Shown one piece after another: positions 46,471-56,345 of a stretch of DNA of 64,000 bases. The notes beneath the pieces were generated by a model. The model ran no database searches, was not told where the DNA came from, and worked only from the letters and a program-made list of their open reading frames with translations. The DNA comes from an uncultured Actinomycetota bacterium. GTDB lineage: Bacteria > Actinomycetota > Actinomycetes > CAVWCF01. Position 1 is the stretch's first letter, and each line of letters starts with the position of its first letter. The stretch spans positions 1,248,001 to 1,312,000 of the forward strand of contig CAVWCF010000001.1 of NCBI GenBank assembly GCA_963753435.1. The letters run 5' to 3'. A program made the translations under genes and the position numbers.

Positions 46471-46952
46471 GATCGCGCCTCGGGCAAGCCCGTCGGGGCG
46501 GCGGCGAGTACGTGGGCGGCCTTGGCGTAGCCGCGCAGCGAAACGAGGGTGGCGCTGGTGGGTCGCATCAGCGGCAGCCCGAATGCATCGGCAGGGCGCA
46601 CCCAGAACAAATCGACCGCCTCACTCGTACGGTTGCCGGCTTCCTGATCCGGTGGGGCCGCGGCAACGAAAAATCTCGCGTCGTAGCGCAACGGCCGCCC
46701 GTGCGGGGTGACCCATCGGGACCAGGGCCGCAGTTCCGCACGGCTCAGCCGCACCCCGACCTCCTCGAAGACCTCGCGGATGGCCGTGTCCACGAGGTCG
46801 GCGTCGGAGTCCTGAACGGCCCCACCTGGAAACACGGCCATTCCGGGAGCGAACGCCATGGTGTCGGCTCGCCGTTGCATCAGCACGACCAAGCCCGCCT
46901 CCGTGTCGCGCAAGAGGACGACGGTGGCCGCGTCGCGAGGGGTGCCGCTCAG
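46467..46952 (-). CDS. Nudix hydrolase (NUDT19-like), probable CTG start
   Basis: PRDAATVVLLRD, FAPGMAVFPGG, AIREVFEEVG and WVTP....RYDARFF. The conserved N-terminus lies upstream of the first canonical start (46913). Confidence 0.85.
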   Translation of the reverse strand: MSGTPRDAATVVLLRDTEAGLVVLMQRRADTMAFAPGMAVFPGGAVQDSDADLVDTAIREVFEEVGVRLSRAELRPWSRWVTPHGRPLRYDARFFVAAAPPDQEAGNRTSEAVDLFWVRPADAFGLPLMRPTSATLVSLRGYAKAAHVLAAAPTGLPEARS

Positions 46953-47413
46953 CCGCCCACCTCGACGATCAACTCCACCTCGACCGGTGAACCGAGCGGC
47001 AACTCGGCCACCCCTACCGCGCTGCGGGCGTGCACTCCGGCGGCTTCGAACGCCGCGCCGAGCAACTCGCTCGCACCGTTTGCGACGGCCGGTTGACCGG
47101 TGAAGCCCGGCGCGCTGGCCACGAAGACCACGACCTTGACGACACGGGTCACCGCGGACAAGTCCCCGACCTCCGCGGCCACAGCCGCCAACCCGTTCAG
47201 CGCAGCGATCCGCGCCAATTCCGCGGCCCGCTCGGCGGTGACTTCGGCGCCAACGGCACCGGTGGCCGGCAGCGCGCCATCGACGAAGGGAAGCTGCCCG
47301 GCCGTGAACACCAGCGGACCCGTGCGAACCGCCGGGACATACGCGGCAACGGGTGCGGCAACCGCCGGCAACTCAAGGCCGATGTCGGCAAGTCGCTGCT
47401 CCGGTGTCTTCAC
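46949..47413 (-). CDS. RidA/YjgF family protein (Rv3678c-like)
   Basis: PVAAYVPA, GQLP, VANGAS, HARSAVGV and PVEVE. Confidence 0.93.
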   Translation of the reverse strand: MKTPEQRLADIGLELPAVAAPVAAYVPAVRTGPLVFTAGQLPFVDGALPATGAVGAEVTAERAAELARIAALNGLAAVAAEVGDLSAVTRVVKVVVFVASAPGFTGQPAVANGASELLGAAFEAAGVHARSAVGVAELPLGSPVEVELIVEVGG

Positions 47414-47565
47414 GATCGTTCCCGCTTCAGATAGGCGACCAGCTGGTCCGAACTCGGACCGGGGACAACCTGAACCAACTCCCAGCCGTCCTGGCCCCAG
47501 GTGTCCAGGATCTCCTTGGTGGCGTGGATCAGCAGCGGCACCGTTACGTACTCCCATTGCGTCAT
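47410..47565 (-). CDS. DUF4177 small protein (Rv3678A-like)
   Basis: WEYVTVPLLIHATKEILDTWGQDGWELV..YLKR. Confidence 0.9.
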   Translation of the reverse strand: MTQWEYVTVPLLIHATKEILDTWGQDGWELVQVVPGPSSDQLVAYLKRERS

Positions 47566-47618
47566 GGCCGTGAGGCTAGCCCCAGGACTCAAGCGGCGGT
47601 TCGCTCTACGCTCGAACC

Positions 47619-48608
47619 GTGGATCGGTCCCTCGCACACGTACGTCTGCACGTCGTGACCGGCAAAGGCGGCACCGGCAAGACGAGCGTGGCGGCGGCCT
47701 TGGCGCTTGCCTTGGCCGCCGATGGGCGCACGACCCTGCTGTGCGAGGTCGAAGGCCGACAGGGCATCGCCCAGGTGTTCGACACTGCACCGCTGCCCCA
47801 CAGCGAGACCCAGATCGCATCGGCTCCCGGCGGGGGGCGGGTCTTCGCGGTGGCGGTGGATCCGAAGGAAGCCCTGCGCGACTACCTGCAGTTGTTCTAT
47901 CGGTTGGGCCCGGCCATGGGCATGCTGGACCGCGTCGGTGCCGTGGACTTCGTCACCACGATCGCGCCGGGGCTTCGGGATGTGCTGTTGACCGGGAAGG
48001 TGTACGAGGCGACCGGGGCCCGACGCAAGGGACGGCAGCGCTACGACGCCGTCGTGGTGGACGCGGTACCCACCGGCCGGGTGGGCCACTTCCTGAATGT
48101 GAACGCGGAGGTATCCGGGCTGGCCCGGGTCGGACCAGTGCACAAGCAAGCGGAATCGATCATGCGGCTGCTCAAGTCCGATACGACCGCCGTGCACATG
48201 GTCACGCTGTTGGAGGAGATGCCCGTTCAGGAGTCCATCGACGCCATCGCCGAACTTCGGGGGTTGGGACTGCACATGGGCGCCGTCGCGGTGAATCGGG
48301 TGCGCAGTTCCCCGCTCAGCAAGGCCGATCTGCGCGCAGCCGCCAACGGCACGATGGACGCCGACCGGATCAGCCAAGGGCTAACCGACGCGCGCCTGGA
48401 TCACCGATCGCATCCGGTGGGGCCGACGGCCGCTGCGCTGATCGAGGAAGCCGCGGAACTGGCTGAACGCATCGAGCTGCAGCGGGCCCAGCGCAAACGC
48501 CTGGAGGGGACCGGGCAGCCGCTGATCGACCTGCCCGAGGTGCGCTCCCCCGGAACTCTCGCCGCGGTGCACGAACTCGCCGAGACGATCCGCGAGGGCC
48601 TGCGATGA
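47619..48608 (+). CDS. ArsA/Get3-like ATPase (Rv3679-like)
   Basis: TGKGGTGKT, APGLRDVLLTGK, D..PTG and EEMPVQE. Confidence 0.92.
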   Translation: MDRSLAHVRLHVVTGKGGTGKTSVAAALALALAADGRTTLLCEVEGRQGIAQVFDTAPLPHSETQIASAPGGGRVFAVAVDPKEALRDYLQLFYRLGPAMGMLDRVGAVDFVTTIAPGLRDVLLTGKVYEATGARRKGRQRYDAVVVDAVPTGRVGHFLNVNAEVSGLARVGPVHKQAESIMRLLKSDTTAVHMVTLLEEMPVQESIDAIAELRGLGLHMGAVAVNRVRSSPLSKADLRAAANGTMDADRISQGLTDARLDHRSHPVGPTAAALIEEAAELAERIELQRAQRKRLEGTGQPLIDLPEVRSPGTLAAVHELAETIREGLR

Positions 48609-49738
48609 ACGCGCGAATAGACGTCGACGAACTACTGGCGGACCCGCACACGCACACCATCGTTTGCTGCGGTAGCGGCGGGGTCGGCAAGACGACGACG
48701 GCCGCCGCCCTCGGCCTGCGGGCGGCCGAGAACGGTCGGAACGTGTGCGTTCTGACCATCGACCCGGCCCGGCGCCTTGCGCAGGCGATGGGCCTCGATG
48801 GCTTGGACAACACGCCAAGAAGCGTCGGCGGGACGTCGGGCGGCGGTCGCCTCGACGCGATGATGCTGGACATGAAGCGCACCTTCGACGAGATCGTCGA
48901 GGCGCATGCCGACCCGGTGCGGGCCAAACAGATCCTGGAGAACCCCTTCTACCAAGCCCTGTCCACCAGCTTCGCCGGTACGCAGGAGTACATGGCCATG
49001 GAGAAGCTGAATCAGCTTCGCCACGAAGCGATCGCTGAAGGGACCTGGGACCTGATCGTGGTGGACACCCCGCCGAGCCGATCGGCGTTGGACTTCCTCG
49101 ACGCCCCGAAACGGCTCGGGACGTTTCTGGACAGCCGCTTCCTGCGCTTGCTGCTGGCGCCGGCGCGCGGGTCCGGACGAGGAGCCTTGCGAGCGTTCTC
49201 GGCCAGCTTGGGTGCGGTCACCGGAGTGCTGCACCGCATCCTTGGCGCCCAGTTGCTCGCGGACTTGCGGACCTTCGTTTCCGCGCTGGATGCGATGTTC
49301 GGCGGTTTCCGCGAACGCGCGGAGGAGACCTACTCGGCGCTGCAAGCCCCGGGTACCGCGTTCCTCGTCGTCGCGGCCCCCGAACCGGACGCACTGCGGG
49401 AGGCCTCGTACTTCGTTGATCGGCTGGCGACCGAGCAGATGCCGCTGGTCGGCCTCGTGCTGAACCGAGTCACCGTGAGCGAGGCTCGGGGGCTGAGCGC
49501 CGAGCGGGCCGGTGGCGCCGCCGCTGGGCTGCGCGAGCAGGGATCGGACGCAACCCTGGCCGGCCTGCTGGAAGTGCACGCGGACCGAATGCGACGCATC
49601 GATCGCGAGAAGACGCTGATTGCGGGGTTCGCCGCGGTGCACCCGTCGGTGCCCCAAGCGGTGTCACCGGCGTTGGCCGGTGACGTTCACGATCTGGACG
49701 GTCTGCGTCAGGTTGGTGAAGCGCTGGCGCGAACCTGA
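48605..49738 (+). CDS. ArsA/Get3-like ATPase (Rv3680-like)
   Basis: GSGGVGKTT, TIDPARRLA, GTQEYMAMEKL and DTPP. Confidence 0.93.
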   Translation: MNARIDVDELLADPHTHTIVCCGSGGVGKTTTAAALGLRAAENGRNVCVLTIDPARRLAQAMGLDGLDNTPRSVGGTSGGGRLDAMMLDMKRTFDEIVEAHADPVRAKQILENPFYQALSTSFAGTQEYMAMEKLNQLRHEAIAEGTWDLIVVDTPPSRSALDFLDAPKRLGTFLDSRFLRLLLAPARGSGRGALRAFSASLGAVTGVLHRILGAQLLADLRTFVSALDAMFGGFRERAEETYSALQAPGTAFLVVAAPEPDALREASYFVDRLATEQMPLVGLVLNRVTVSEARGLSAERAGGAAAGLREQGSDATLAGLLEVHADRMRRIDREKTLIAGFAAVHPSVPQAVSPALAGDVHDLDGLRQVGEALART

Positions 49739-50067
49739 GCGGTCTCGCGCGGCAGCACGATGGTGTGCGGCGCCCGCTGCCTGGGCACGCTTCGCTCGTA
49801 CTCGTCCTTGGCCGACATGAGCAGTTCGCGCCAATCGTCCACATCGGGGCGGCGGCGCAGCAACGCCCGTCGCTCACGCTCAGTCATGCCGCCCCAGACA
49901 CCGAACTCGATGCGGTTGTCGAGGGCGTCAGCCAGACATTCGGTACGAACCGCGCAAGTCATGCACAGCGACCGGGCTCGGTTCTGCGCCGCACCCTGTA
50001 CGAACAGTGAATCCGGATCGGTCCCCCGACATGCGGCCCGCGCCGTCCATTCCGCCGCCAAATCCAT
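49708..50067 (-). CDS. whiB4: WhiB family Fe-S transcriptional regulator (WhiB4/WblA)
   Basis: Four Cys, DSLFVQGAAQ and EFGVWGGMTERERR. Divergent from ponA2. Confidence 0.92.
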   Translation of the reverse strand: MDLAAEWTARAACRGTDPDSLFVQGAAQNRARSLCMTCAVRTECLADALDNRIEFGVWGGMTERERRALLRRRPDVDDWRELLMSAKDEYERSVPRQRAPHTIVLPRETAQVRASASPT

Positions 50068-50074
50068 GATCACA

Positions 50075-50200
50075 ACGTAGGGACCGAGTACCTAGCGGTG
50101 TAGGCCCGAAAGTATCAATATCAAATAGTGCTTTCTAACTACTTCTAGTGAACATTCCGCGAACGTGCGCCAGCCCGGAGGCCACGTACCCTTATGGATC
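50075..50200. promoter_or_regulatory. AT-rich divergent promoter region between whiB4 and ponA2
   Basis: AAAGTATCAATATCAAATAGTGCTTTCTAACTACTTCTAG is markedly AT-rich against the roughly 70% GC background. Confidence 0.55.
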
Positions 50201-52585
50201 ATGTCAGCGACCGATGGTGGTGACACCGGGAAACGCGTCGGCCTCTTCGTCGGGGTCGCCGCGCTGTCCGGTGTGCTCGCGGCCGGGTTGATGCTGCCGG
50301 CCGTCGGCGCTGCGGGCGTGGCCGCCCGGTCCGTGGTCGGCGACTTCGAGGCCTTGCCCGCCTACCTGCAGACCCCGCCGCTGCCGCAACGCTCCGTGAT
50401 CCTGGCCGCTGACGGCAGCCGGCTGGCCACCTACTACGCCGAGAACCGCATCGTGGTGCCGCTGGCGGAGGTGGCTCCGGTCATGCAGGAAGCCGTCCTG
50501 GCTATCGAGGACTCCCGGTTCTACGAACACAACGGCGTCGACATCAAGGGCACGGTGCGTGCGCTGGTGGCCAACCTGGAATCCGGTGCGGTGTCCCAGG
50601 GTGGTTCCACGCTGACCCAGCAGTACGTGGAGAACCTGCTGGTGATCAACGCCGACACCGAGGAAGAGCGCGACGCGGCTCGGGCCCGAAAGGTCAGCGC
50701 CAAGGTCCAGGAGGCGCGATACGCGATCGGCCTGGAGAAGCGCTTCACCAAAGACCAGATCCTCGAGGGCTACCTGAACGTCGCCTACTTCGGCAACGGC
50801 GCCTACGGCGTTGAGGCGGCATCGCGCACCTACTTCTCCAAGCCGGCCGCCGACCTGACCCTGATCGAGGCGGCCCTGCTCGCCGGCATCGTGCAGCAGC
50901 CGAACACGTTCAACCCGATCGACAACCCCGAGGCGGCGCAGAACCGCCGAAACGTCGTCCTACAGCGGATGGCCGACCTTGGCCTTGCCGACCCGGTCGA
51001 GGTGGACGCCGCCCAGGCAACCCCGGTTACCGACACCCTGCGCCCGTCGGAGGTCTCCAACGGGTGCACCTCGTCGGTGGCACCGTTCTTCTGCGACTAC
51101 GTGATCCAGGTGGTCCGAAACAACGAGATCTTCGGCGCGACCGAGAACGACCGCGAGGCGCTGTTGCGCCGCGGCGGGCTGACCATCCGCACCACCCTCG
51201 ACCTGAAGGCCCAGGCCGCGGCCCAAGAGGCCGTCGACAACTACATCCCCCGCGAGGACCCAAGCCGCAAGGCCGCGGCGATCGCCATGGTGGAACCGGG
51301 CACCGGCCAGATCCAGGCCATGGCCCAGAACCGAAACTGGGGCACCGAGGGCATCGGCAACACCACGTACAACTACGCCGTCGACCGCGCTTACGGCGGA
51401 ACGGTGGGCATGCAGGCCGGGTCCACGTTCAAGCCGTTCGTAGCCGCGGCCGCGCTGGAGCAGGGCTTCTCCGAGACGCAGCGCATCTCCTCGCCGTCGA
51501 AGAAGACGTTCTACAACTTCCGCAACTGCGCCACCGGCATCAAGTACGAGCCGTACACCGTGCGCAACTCCACCGGGTCGGGTTCGTTCAACCTTCGTAC
51601 CGGAACGGCGCTGTCGGTCAACACCTTCTACGTCGGCCTGGAGGAGCGCATCGGCCAGTGCCGCCCCGCGGAGATCGCCGAGTCGATCGGGGTGACGACC
51701 GGTTCCGGCGAACCACCGGCCCGGGTGCCCAGCTTCACGCTGGGGACGGCCCCGGTGTCACCCTTGACCATGGCCGAGGCCTACGCCTCGTTCGCGGCTC
51801 TGGGTACCCACTGCGACAGCATCGCGATCCTCGACATCACCGACCGCGACGGCCGCTCGTTGCCGGTGCCCGGCGCCAACTGCACGCAGGCCCTGGATCA
51901 GAAGGTGGCTTCGGAGGTCACCGAACTGTTGGCCGGTGTGATCGACGGCAGCATCAGTGGACGGACCGGGCGGGCGATGTCCCTGGGTCGGCCGGCCGCC
52001 GGCAAGACCGGAACCATCAATGACAACGCCGCGGTCTGGTTCGTCGGGTTCACGCCGGACCTCGCCGCCGCAGTTTGGGTGGGCGACCCCCGCGGTGGCA
52101 CCAAGTACCCGATGGAGAACCTGACCATCAAGGGCCAGTACTACCGCCAGGTGTTCGGCAGCACCCTGCCGGGCCCGATCTGGAAGCAGGCCATGTCCGG
52201 CGCGCTGGCCGGATCGCCCCCGGCGCCGTGGCCGTCGCTGGATCCGCGTCAGGTGGCCGGCGTGCCGGTCAAGGTCCCGCAGATCTACGGACTGCAGCCG
52301 ATCGATGCCGTTTCGCGATTGGCCGAGGTCGGACTGGTCGGACAGGTCAGCGACCAGCCGATCAACTCCAACGCGCCGCTGGGGACGGTCGCCGGTTCGT
52401 CGCCACGCTCGGGGGCGTCGGCCCAGTCCGGCGACACGATCACCATCCTGCTGTCGAACGGCGAGCCACCCAGGCCCAGCCCCACGCCGCGACCGCAGAC
52501 CGCAAGCCCCACGCCGACGCCGTCCACGACCGGGTCGGTTGCGCCGCCACCGCCGGCGACTCCTACTCCGGCCCCGTCGGGCTAA
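50201..52585 (+). CDS. ponA2: Class A penicillin-binding protein with PASTA domain (PonA2)
   Basis: EDSRFYEH, QGGSTLTQQ, GSTFK, SVN and KTG motifs, C-terminal PASTA domain and Pro-rich tail. Confidence 0.94.
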   Translation: MSATDGGDTGKRVGLFVGVAALSGVLAAGLMLPAVGAAGVAARSVVGDFEALPAYLQTPPLPQRSVILAADGSRLATYYAENRIVVPLAEVAPVMQEAVLAIEDSRFYEHNGVDIKGTVRALVANLESGAVSQGGSTLTQQYVENLLVINADTEEERDAARARKVSAKVQEARYAIGLEKRFTKDQILEGYLNVAYFGNGAYGVEAASRTYFSKPAADLTLIEAALLAGIVQQPNTFNPIDNPEAAQNRRNVVLQRMADLGLADPVEVDAAQATPVTDTLRPSEVSNGCTSSVAPFFCDYVIQVVRNNEIFGATENDREALLRRGGLTIRTTLDLKAQAAAQEAVDNYIPREDPSRKAAAIAMVEPGTGQIQAMAQNRNWGTEGIGNTTYNYAVDRAYGGTVGMQAGSTFKPFVAAAALEQGFSETQRISSPSKKTFYNFRNCATGIKYEPYTVRNSTGSGSFNLRTGTALSVNTFYVGLEERIGQCRPAEIAESIGVTTGSGEPPARVPSFTLGTAPVSPLTMAEAYASFAALGTHCDSIAILDITDRDGRSLPVPGANCTQALDQKVASEVTELLAGVIDGSISGRTGRAMSLGRPAAGKTGTINDNAAVWFVGFTPDLAAAVWVGDPRGGTKYPMENLTIKGQYYRQVFGSTLPGPIWKQAMSGALAGSPPAPWPSLDPRQVAGVPVKVPQIYGLQPIDAVSRLAEVGLVGQVSDQPINSNAPLGTVAGSSPRSGASAQSGDTITILLSNGEPPRPSPTPRPQTASPTPTPSTTGSVAPPPPATPTPAPSG

Positions 52586-52621
52586 GCGATGCGGTTGGGC
52601 AGGCGGAGGTAAGCCACCCGA

Positions 52622-53095
52622 CTAGCCCAGCCCCAACCGCTTCTTGACCGCAACGGCCACTGCGGCGCCGTCGGCCCGGCCCATGGTTGCCGGCTGCACC
52701 TGCTTCATGACCGCACCCATGGCTTTGCCACCACTCAGCCCCGCCGACTCCGCCGCCGCAACTGCGTCCTCGATGAGCGCGGTCAGTTCCGCCTCCGTCA
52801 ACGGTTCGGGCAGATACCGCGCCAACACCTGCTCTTCCAGGCGCTCGCGTTCGGCCAACTCCACCCGGCCGGCGTCGTCATAGGCGGTCGCCGCCTCGCG
52901 GCGCTTCTTCACCTCACGGCTCAACACGGCGACCACGTCCGCATCGGACAACTGCCGCGCCTCCTTGCCGGCCACCTCTTCGTTCGTGATCGCCGTAAGC
53001 GCCATGCGAAGAGTGGAGACCGTCGGCTCGTCCTTGGCACGCATCGCCGCGGTCAGGTCGGACTTCAGTTGTTCCTTCATCGTGGTCACGGGCAC
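52622..53095 (-). CDS. GatB/YqeY domain protein
   Basis: DL..AMRAKD, EVKKRREA..Y, YLPEPL and MG.VMK..GRADG. Confidence 0.93.
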   Translation of the reverse strand: MPVTTMKEQLKSDLTAAMRAKDEPTVSTLRMALTAITNEEVAGKEARQLSDADVVAVLSREVKKRREAATAYDDAGRVELAERERLEEQVLARYLPEPLTEAELTALIEDAVAAAESAGLSGGKAMGAVMKQVQPATMGRADGAAVAVAVKKRLGLG

Positions 53096-53149
53096 ATCGT
53101 GGCACTACGCGTTCGCGCCAACGCAGGCGTCTGGGACGATGACCCGGCC

Positions 53150-54049
53150 ATGCCTGCCCCTCGCCGCGTTCTTGCCGCCGTTGCGGGCGCCGGCGCCCTT
53201 GGCTTGGGCTATTCGCTGGCCGAGGCGCGCGCGCACCGATTGCGACGCTTCGCCGTCCCCGTTCTAGCCCCCGGGCAACGCAGCGTTCGGCTGCTGCACT
53301 TGTCCGATTTGCACCTGACGCCGTGGGACGGCCACCGGGTTCGCTGGCTGAAGTCACTGGCTGATCTGCGCCCAGACCTGGTGGTGGTTACCGGCGACTT
53401 CCTGGCGCACCGCGATTCGGTGCCGATCGTGATGGAGGCACTGGGTGGACTGTTGGACGTCCCCGGCGCCTTCGTCTTCGGCTCCAACGACTACTACGCA
53501 CCCGCGCTGAAGAACCCCGCCCGCTACCTGTTCCCGGATACCGGCAAACGCAAGCATGGGCGGCAGTTGCCGTGGCCGGAACTGGAGTCCCAACTCAGCG
53601 CCGCGGGCTGGCACAACTTGACCCACCGTCGCGTGCGGATCCAGGTCGGGACGACAGCCGTGTCCTTGCGCGGCGTGGACGATCCGCATCTGGGCCGAGA
53701 TGAATACACCCAGGTGGCCGGCCCGGCGGATCCGGATGCGCTGGCGATCGGTGTCACCCACGCCCCGTACGCACGGGTCCTGACCGCGATGGCCGAAGAC
53801 GGGATGCAACTGATCCTCGCCGGGCATACCCATGGAGGGCAGTTGTGCGTGCCGGGCTGGGGCGCGCTGGTCACCAACTGCGACCTGCCCCCCAGGCATG
53901 CCCGCGGCCTGAGCCGCGTGGGTCACGCTGTTCTGCACGTGTCCGCCGGTGTGGGCACATCGCCCTTCACGCCTGTCCGCTTTGCCTGCCCGCCGGAGGC
54001 CAGCCTGCTCACCCTGCGGCCGCATGAGGGGCCGAATCGGCCCGATTGA
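53150..54049 (+). CDS. Metallophosphoesterase (Rv3683-like)
   Basis: SDLH, TGD, FGSNDY, TH.P and GHTHGGQ. Confidence 0.93.
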   Translation: MPAPRRVLAAVAGAGALGLGYSLAEARAHRLRRFAVPVLAPGQRSVRLLHLSDLHLTPWDGHRVRWLKSLADLRPDLVVVTGDFLAHRDSVPIVMEALGGLLDVPGAFVFGSNDYYAPALKNPARYLFPDTGKRKHGRQLPWPELESQLSAAGWHNLTHRRVRIQVGTTAVSLRGVDDPHLGRDEYTQVAGPADPDALAIGVTHAPYARVLTAMAEDGMQLILAGHTHGGQLCVPGWGALVTNCDLPPRHARGLSRVGHAVLHVSAGVGTSPFTPVRFACPPEASLLTLRPHEGPNRPD

Positions 54050-54096
54050 TCGCGTTGGGGACGGGTCCGGCCCTCGGATACAGTGACGCCTCGCAT

Positions 54097-54170
<74 letters not shown>

Positions 54171-54193
54171 CGATGTCGAGTAGCGCAGCGATC

Positions 54194-54586
54194 TCAATCG
54201 CTCGCGACTTCGCGCAGCATCTTTCCTAGCTGGGCATAGCGCTGCGCGCCGAGGCGCTCGGCGTAGCGCTCCTCGACCCGGGCCACGGCCTCCTCGAACC
54301 GAGCGTTCAACTCATTCCCACGCCCCGACCTTCGGACCAGCCAGGCCCGCCCGTCTGCGGGATCGGGCGTCCGCTTGATCAAACCCTCAGCTTCCAGCCC
54401 TTCGATCGCTTCGGCCATCGCCTGCTTGCTGATGCCGGCGCGATCAGCAAGGTCCTGCTGCCGGGCACCGGCAGCAGGGATCAGTTGGAGCAACCGGATC
54501 CGCCGCAGCCCCAGATGCGCCAGTTCCTCGGGTAGGACAGCGCCAAGCTCAACAGCGGTACGCGCCTGAACAGCCTCAAGAAGCAC
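54194..54586 (-). CDS. MarR family transcriptional regulator (start uncertain; the reading frame extends to about 54650)
   Basis: [31 protein letters not shown] winged-helix signature. Confidence 0.9.
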   Translation of the reverse strand: MLLEAVQARTAVELGAVLPEELAHLGLRRIRLLQLIPAAGARQQDLADRAGISKQAMAEAIEGLEAEGLIKRTPDPADGRAWLVRRSGRGNELNARFEEAVARVEERYAERLGAQRYAQLGKMLREVASD

Positions 54587-54629
54587 CAGCAGATGGTCTG
54601 GCGATGCAGGGTCGATGTCGAACTCCCAG

Positions 54630-54670
54630 TGGTCAATCTTCTTGACTAAAATGGTCAGGTAGGTTGACGA
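54630..54670. promoter_or_regulatory. Tandem palindromic operators GTCAA-N5-TTGAC and GTCAG-N5-TTGAC between the divergent marR and SDR-RCCR genes
   Basis: Perfect inverted repeat at 54632-54646 and a one-mismatch copy at 54654-54668, flanking TAAAAT (54647-54652). Confidence 0.75.
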
Positions 54671-54700
54671 TACTCCGGGATCGCGAAGAAGGGGAACGGC

Positions 54701-56344
54701 ATGCGGGTACTTATCGTCGGTTGTGGGCTGGTCGGCAAGGAGTTGGCTCAGCAACTCCGGGCGGATGGCCACCACGTCATCGGCACCACCACGACTCCCG
54801 GCAAGGTCACCGCGCTGCAGCAGGTGTGCGACGACGTTGCCGTGCTCACCGGCGCCGACACCGCGGCCGTGCACGCCGCCGCCAAGGACGTCGACGCGAT
54901 CGTGGTAACCGCCGGTCCCGCCGCCGCCCAGGCCATGACGGTCGAGCAACGGCAGAAGACCTACCGCCGTGTCCTTGTCGACACCGCCGAGTCGGTGTCG
55001 AGTGTGCCCGGCGACCCCTACCTCGTGATGCTGTCATCCCTGTCGGTCTACGGGGACGCGGCCAACCACCTGGACGTCATCGACGAGTCCAGCCCCCTGT
55101 CAGACAGCGAGGACCCAAGCCCGGCCATGTTCCAAGAGGCGGAGCGCACCTACCGCAACGCCGCCGCGGATCGGCTGGCGATCTTCCGCTGCGCCGACAT
55201 CACCGGTGGCGAGGATCCGCCGATCATGGACAAGCTGCGCATGGCCCATCAGGTCTTGGGTGGTTCGGTGCCGTTCCACGACGAGGCGCTCTTCTACCGC
55301 GTCCACATGCTCGATGTGGTCGGAGCCGTGAAGTACGCCCTCGACCGCCGCTTCACCGGCACCTACAACCTCACCCACGCCGAGGTGCCGCCGCCCATGC
55401 AGCCGTACTTCGATGCCCTGTGCGCCCTGGACGGCCTGCCGCCGCTGCAGTACCGCAACGAGTTGACGGCACCTACCAAGCCGGTATCCGTGGACGCCCT
55501 GCTGGCCACTGGCTTCACCCTCGCCCACACGCAGGTTGAGGAGATGCCGGCCGCGGACGCGGTCGCACCGCCGAGCGCACTCACCGGCATCGACCGGACG
55601 GGCCGAGAGATGGTCACGGCCGTTCTCGATCGACTCATCTCGGAACTGGAACTCACTGAGGAAACATCTGCGGACGGCCAGCCCGTGCTGCCGATCACCG
55701 CAGTCGGTGGCGTCAAGGACGGGCAGCGAATCGGCGAGTTCCGGGTGTTCTCCCGCCCGGGTGGTCCCCGCGTCGTCTACAGCGCGCTCTCAATCGACGA
55801 CTTCGGCATGGACACCCACCAGGTCTACGCATTCACCGGCGCGGACAGTGCGGTACCGCACCTGTTCGTCGACACCGCGATCTCGCCCAACACCGATGGC
55901 ACGTTCCACTTCGGCCTGGACCTGGTTGCGCGGGTCGATCTGGCCGCTTCCTTCGACTACACGCAGGCCGTGTACGGAGAACTCACCGACGTCCGGGGCG
56001 ACGCCCTAGCCACACCCGGCGTCCTGCCGGTCCCGTCGCTCGGCCCGTTGCAGTGGTCGCTGCGCTCACCCTGGATGCTCGCAGCCATCGCCGCGCCCGG
56101 TGACCTGAAAGCGCTCGCTCCCGCGGTGGATGCCTACGTTGACCAGTGGCTGAACCTGGTCAAGTCGGGGCTGCCGGAGGCCGCGGCCGCCGACGCGCAG
56201 TGGCAGAACGTCGCTGAGCGCGACCGACGCAATCGCGCCGCAATCTTCTCCCCCGCGGCCAACCCGGTCTGGTTCCTGCTGGACCGGCTGGTGGGCGCCG
56301 AGCAGTCGGCCGCCATGCGGGCGCTGCTTACCGCGCAGGACTGA
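54701..56344 (+). CDS. Fusion of an atypical NAD(P)-binding SDR/epimerase domain and a red chlorophyll catabolite reductase (RCCR)/ferredoxin-dependent bilin reductase-like domain
   Basis: N-terminus GCGLVG..GTTT, SS.SVYG, FRCADITG. C-terminus AFT..DSAVPH..VD, F.LDL..RVDL....DY...VY, SPW, Y..QWL and ERD..NR parallels remembered RCCR blocks. Confidence 0.72.
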   Translation: MRVLIVGCGLVGKELAQQLRADGHHVIGTTTTPGKVTALQQVCDDVAVLTGADTAAVHAAAKDVDAIVVTAGPAAAQAMTVEQRQKTYRRVLVDTAESVSSVPGDPYLVMLSSLSVYGDAANHLDVIDESSPLSDSEDPSPAMFQEAERTYRNAAADRLAIFRCADITGGEDPPIMDKLRMAHQVLGGSVPFHDEALFYRVHMLDVVGAVKYALDRRFTGTYNLTHAEVPPPMQPYFDALCALDGLPPLQYRNELTAPTKPVSVDALLATGFTLAHTQVEEMPAADAVAPPSALTGIDRTGREMVTAVLDRLISELELTEETSADGQPVLPITAVGGVKDGQRIGEFRVFSRPGGPRVVYSALSIDDFGMDTHQVYAFTGADSAVPHLFVDTAISPNTDGTFHFGLDLVARVDLAASFDYTQAVYGELTDVRGDALATPGVLPVPSLGPLQWSLRSPWMLAAIAAPGDLKALAPAVDAYVDQWLNLVKSGLPEAAAADAQWQNVAERDRRNRAAIFSPAANPVWFLLDRLVGAEQSAAMRALLTAQD

Positions 56345-56345
56345 A

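Noticed and set aside
47619-49738. Arsenic resistance operon
   Set aside because: It is the conserved Get3-like ATPase pair beside whiB4, with no arsB, arsC or arsR.
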